Shown here piece by piece: positions 29,298-32,000 of a DNA stretch of 32,000 bases (position 1 is its first letter; each line of letters starts with the position of its first letter). Source of the DNA: Erysipelothrix larvae. GTDB taxonomy: Bacteria > Bacillota_I > Bacilli_A > Erysipelotrichales > Erysipelotrichaceae. The position numbers and the translations under genes are program-made. The DNA is taken from NCBI RefSeq assembly GCF_001545095.1, contig NZ_CP013213.1:1-32000 (forward strand), in the 5' to 3' direction. Under the pieces are notes generated by a model that was not told the DNA's origin, did not search any database, and saw only the letters and a list, made by a program, of their open reading frames with translations.

Positions 29298-30554
29298 TTA
29301 CTTCTCTTTTGATTTCTTTAACTTCTTAATATCGTTGTACCGCTTATACTTCTTTAACGTCTCATAATTATTTGCGTAAGCTTTTTCTTGTGAATTCAAA
29401 TTCTCTGGGATATAAAACTCACTGTCTTTAAGCCCATCGGGTAAGTATTGAATTTGATACCACAAATCAGGGCGACTGTAATCATACATTGCTTCTGGGT
29501 CCATACCTACAGCATTGAGTCTAAGATATTTAGGAACCTGATATGCTGTATTCTGGATTGCTCCAAGTGCTCGGTCAATCGCTGCTTCAGCACTTTTTGA
29601 TTTTGGTGAAAGTGCACATTCAATAACTGCGTGACTTAATAAAATACGCGCTTCAGGAAACCCAATTTTTCGGCATGCTTCCAGTGCATTTACAACACGA
29701 TCACACACTTGAGGGTTCGCAAGACCAATGTCTTCATATGCAGTCACAAGTAATCTTCGCTCAATTGAATCAAAATCACCAACTTCAATAAGTTTCGCAA
29801 GATAGTAAAGAGCACCATTCACATCACTGCCTCGAATTGATTTTTGGAATGCGCTCAGTGTATCATAATAGTTATCATCGTCTTTATCCATTGAAAGATT
29901 TACCGATAACGAGAGCGACTTCATAAGCTCGCGTGTTATGTGTTTACTGTTTGTTGCAAGTGTCATCAGTTCTAAACCATTTAAAGCATAACGCGCATCG
30001 CCATTACATTGACTTGCAAGGGTAGTAATTACATCATCATCAATCACGATATCTTCTAAGGTGCTTGAAGCTTTTTTGAGGATGGTCACAATTTGTTCAG
30101 GTGTTAATGGATTAAACTCAAACAAATGAACACGAGAACGAATTGCGGGGTTTATTGCGAAGTATGGATTAGAAGTTGTTGCACCAATCATCGTAATGAG
30201 TCCATTCTCAATATGAGGCAACAAGACATCTTGAATATTCTTATTCAAACGATGCACTTCATCAACAATCACCACAAGACCCGAACTCATTTGAGCCTCC
30301 ACAAAGAGCTGATCCAATTTCTTCTTATTATCAGTCACTGCATTAAACATCCGATAAGGACGGTTAAGCGAAGCTGCAATTGCCATAGCAGCTGTTGTTT
30401 TTCCAGTGCCTGGCGGGCCAAAAAGAATCATTGAAAACAACGTTCCATTTTCGACCATATGTCTTAAAACGCCATCTTTACCAAATAGATGTTCTTGTCC
30501 AATAATGTCATCAATTGATGTTGGACGCAGTACATGTGCTAACGGTTTTCCCAT
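29298..30554 (-). CDS. rarA: Replication-associated recombination protein A (AAA+ ATPase RarA/MgsA)
   Basis: Walker A GPPGTGKTT, Walker B VVIVDEVHR, and the sensor ATTSNP. The MgsA C-terminal domain includes YD..SAF.KS.RGSD..AAL. Confidence 0.93.
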   Translation of the reverse strand: MGKPLAHVLRPTSIDDIIGQEHLFGKDGVLRHMVENGTLFSMILFGPPGTGKTTAAMAIAASLNRPYRMFNAVTDNKKKLDQLFVEAQMSSGLVVIVDEVHRLNKNIQDVLLPHIENGLITMIGATTSNPYFAINPAIRSRVHLFEFNPLTPEQIVTILKKASSTLEDIVIDDDVITTLASQCNGDARYALNGLELMTLATNSKHITRELMKSLSLSVNLSMDKDDDNYYDTLSAFQKSIRGSDVNGALYYLAKLIEVGDFDSIERRLLVTAYEDIGLANPQVCDRVVNALEACRKIGFPEARILLSHAVIECALSPKSKSAEAAIDRALGAIQNTAYQVPKYLRLNAVGMDPEAMYDYSRPDLWYQIQYLPDGLKDSEFYIPENLNSQEKAYANNYETLKKYKRYNDIKKLKKSKEK

Positions 30555-30570
30555 AAAATCACCTACACAT

Positions 30571-30579
30571 ATTGTATCA
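30571..30579 (-). promoter_or_regulatory. Extended -10 element for rarA (minus strand)
   Basis: The minus strand reads TGaTACAAT 16 nt upstream of the rarA ATG, followed by RBS AGGTGA. Confidence 0.45.
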
Positions 30580-30641
30580 CGAAAAGGGCTGTTTAAAGCA
30601 TCTAAAGCGAGACTAATTATGTGTTGGATCGTTGTTTTATT

Positions 30642-30911
30642 TTATGAATCTTCCTGTGATTCTTGTTCTTTTGCTTTACGCTTTAGCATTGCAAGATCAA
30701 TTCGCGCATTATGGATTAAGTAAACATAGATACATAAAATGATATTTCCATATAACAAGACAGTATAAAGCAACCCAAACCCTTCATTTGCTGGATCAAT
30801 CATATTTACAAAAAACAAAATAATCGCCGATAAAACAATAGAACCGCCACAAATTTTTAGCTTCACTGAACTTGAAAATGTTTGACTCATAAATACTCTA
30901 AATTTTATCAT
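30642..30911 (-). CDS. Small hypothetical membrane protein (about 89 aa, two hydrophobic segments, charged C-terminal tail)
   Basis: The ORF encodes two TM-like stretches (GGSIVLSAIILFFVNMI and LLYTVLLYGNIILCIYVYLI). The start is set at ATG 30911 (MIKFRV), preceded by a GGGGGG RBS-like run and TGcTACAAT. There is no recognisable family. Confidence 0.5.
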   Translation of the reverse strand: MIKFRVFMSQTFSSSVKLKICGGSIVLSAIILFFVNMIDPANEGFGLLYTVLLYGNIILCIYVYLIHNARIDLAMLKRKAKEQESQEDS

Positions 30912-31037
30912 CACGAGCCCCCCTATATGGAGATATTGTAGCACATTTGATAAAATCAAAAAAGTTGGTGGATTTTTAGATGATATCGCCTATCATTATA
31001 TGATAAGGTATTGTAGAATATGGGAGAGGTATTGATC

Positions 31038-31493
31038 ATGAAAATAGTAATTCAACGTGTAAAAAATGCTCATGTTTCTGTAGAACACGAAAAAGTGGGA
31101 GAAATCTCAGAAGGGTTTGTCCTTCTCGTTGGCTTTGTAGAAGGTGATACAGAAAAAGATTATCAAAAAGCAGCGGATAAGATTGCAGGGATTCGTCTTT
31201 TTGATGATGAAAATGGTGTAATGAATCGGAGTATTATTGATATAAAAGGCGCCATCTTATCAATTTCTCAATTCACACTTGCAGCGGATGCAAAAAAAGG
31301 AAATAGACCAAGCTACATTCAAGCAATGGAACCACATCAAGCGAATCAATTCTACCAAGCATTTAATCAACATCTGCGTGGACATGGAATTGTTGTTGAA
31401 GAAGGGGTGTTCCAAGCAGATATGAAAGTATCTTTAGTGAATGATGGTCCAGTAACCATTATACTTAATATAGAGAATGGCAAAGTAATCTAG
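31038..31493 (+). CDS. dtd: D-aminoacyl-tRNA deacylase
   Basis: MKIVIQRV, the SQFTL motif, and NDGPVT near the C-terminus, in a protein of about 150 aa. The start is at ATG 31038 after RBS GGAGAGG. Confidence 0.93.
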   Translation: MKIVIQRVKNAHVSVEHEKVGEISEGFVLLVGFVEGDTEKDYQKAADKIAGIRLFDDENGVMNRSIIDIKGAILSISQFTLAADAKKGNRPSYIQAMEPHQANQFYQAFNQHLRGHGIVVEEGVFQADMKVSLVNDGPVTIILNIENGKVI

Positions 31494-31511
31494 GTGTGGG
31501 AAGGTGAAAGA

Positions 31512-32000
31512 ATGACACAAATACTATATGGAAACACAGTAGCAAGTACTGTTAAGGATAATTTAAAAACAAAGGTACAACAACGTGTTGAAGAGGGAAA
31601 ACGCGTACCGCATCTCGCGGTAATTCTTGTAGGGGATGATCCAGCATCGCAAACGTATGTAAATTCAAAAGCAAAACAATGTGAACAAGTGGGGTTCAAA
31701 TCAACCGTTCAACATATGAAAACAGATAGCACACAACAAGAAGTGCTTGATGTATTAGAGCATCTTAATAAAGATGATGGAGTCGATGGAATTCTCGTAC
31801 AACTCCCTCTTCCTAAACATATCCATGAACAAACAATTATTGAAGCCCTCGATCCAAGTAAAGATGTGGATGGCTTACATCCAATTAATGTGGGATATTT
31901 AGAAATGAATCAACCCCGATTTGTTCCATGTACTCCAAAAGGAATCATGACATTGCTCAAATCGTATGACATCGAACTCGAAGGGAAACGAGCGCTTGTA
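31512..32000 (+). CDS. folD: Bifunctional methylenetetrahydrofolate dehydrogenase/cyclohydrolase FolD (5' part, continues beyond the window)
   Basis: My own translation from ATG 31512 gives MTQILYGNTVASTVKDNLKTKVQQRVEEGKRVPHLAVILVGDDPASQTYVNSKAKQCEQVGF...DGILVQLPLPKHI...DVDGLHPINVG...FVPCTP.G. The frame stays open to the window end, which is why it is absent from the ORF track. Confidence 0.9.
   Translation, partial: MTQILYGNTVASTVKDNLKTKVQQRVEEGKRVPHLAVILVGDDPASQTYVNSKAKQCEQVGFKSTVQHMKTDSTQQEVLDVLEHLNKDDGVDGILVQLPLPKHIHEQTIIEALDPSKDVDGLHPINVGYLEMNQPRFVPCTPKGIMTLLKSYDIELEGKRALV

Noticed and set aside
30126-30723. Plus-strand ORFs of 102 and 105 aa opposite rarA
   Set aside because: They are antisense to rarA, Cys/His/Arg-rich as is typical of reverse frames, and lack an RBS.
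31490-31699. A 69-aa minus-strand ORF
   Set aside because: It lies antisense to the folD 5' region. folD is clearly recognisable on the plus strand but is missing from the track because it has no in-window stop.

Overview
This window is the replication-origin neighbourhood of a low-GC Gram-positive (Bacillota-type) chromosome. The species cannot be determined from the sequence alone. The window opens exactly on the dnaA ATG, and almost all of it is conserved housekeeping. In order, the genes are: dnaA, an oriC unwinding module, dnaN, yaaA-recF-gyrB-gyrA, a DUF3788-like gene, a GNAT gene, T-box-controlled serS, a Cof-type HAD hydrolase (-), and an XRE-family HTH protein with a hydrophobic repeat tail. 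These are followed by a small SRP RNA, a tadA-GNAT fusion, a sortase (-), dnaX-recR plus an unknown recR-coupled ORF, a CYTH protein (-), nadK, and a SEDS (FtsW/RodA) protein (-). The window finishes with a PTS EIICB-like gene joined to mutS-mutL-miaA, a duplicated-domain lipoprotein, rarA (-), a small membrane protein (-), dtd, and the 5' part of folD, which runs off the window and is missing from the ORF track. I found no CRISPR array, transposase, integrase, phage module or recognisable defence or toxin system, so I do not claim a clear novel system. The items that go beyond textbook annotation are listed here. (1) A 14-nt perfect palindrome, GTTTCACGTGAAAC, occurs three times within 3.3 kb, always outside coding sequence. 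Two copies bracket the XRE gene and one forms stem III of the serS T-box. (2) The XRE protein carries 14 consecutive glycines spaced exactly five residues apart in a hydrophobic tail. (3) An uncharacterised 289-aa ORF is translationally coupled to recR (TAATG) where ybaB is missing, and its 3' end overlaps the convergent CYTH gene by 50 nt. (4) The PTS EIICB-like protein has lost the EIIB cysteine and the GITE motif, and it abuts mutS. (5) tadA is fused to a GNAT domain. (6) A lipoprotein contains two tandem FMN_bind-like domains with non-canonical flavinylation motifs.
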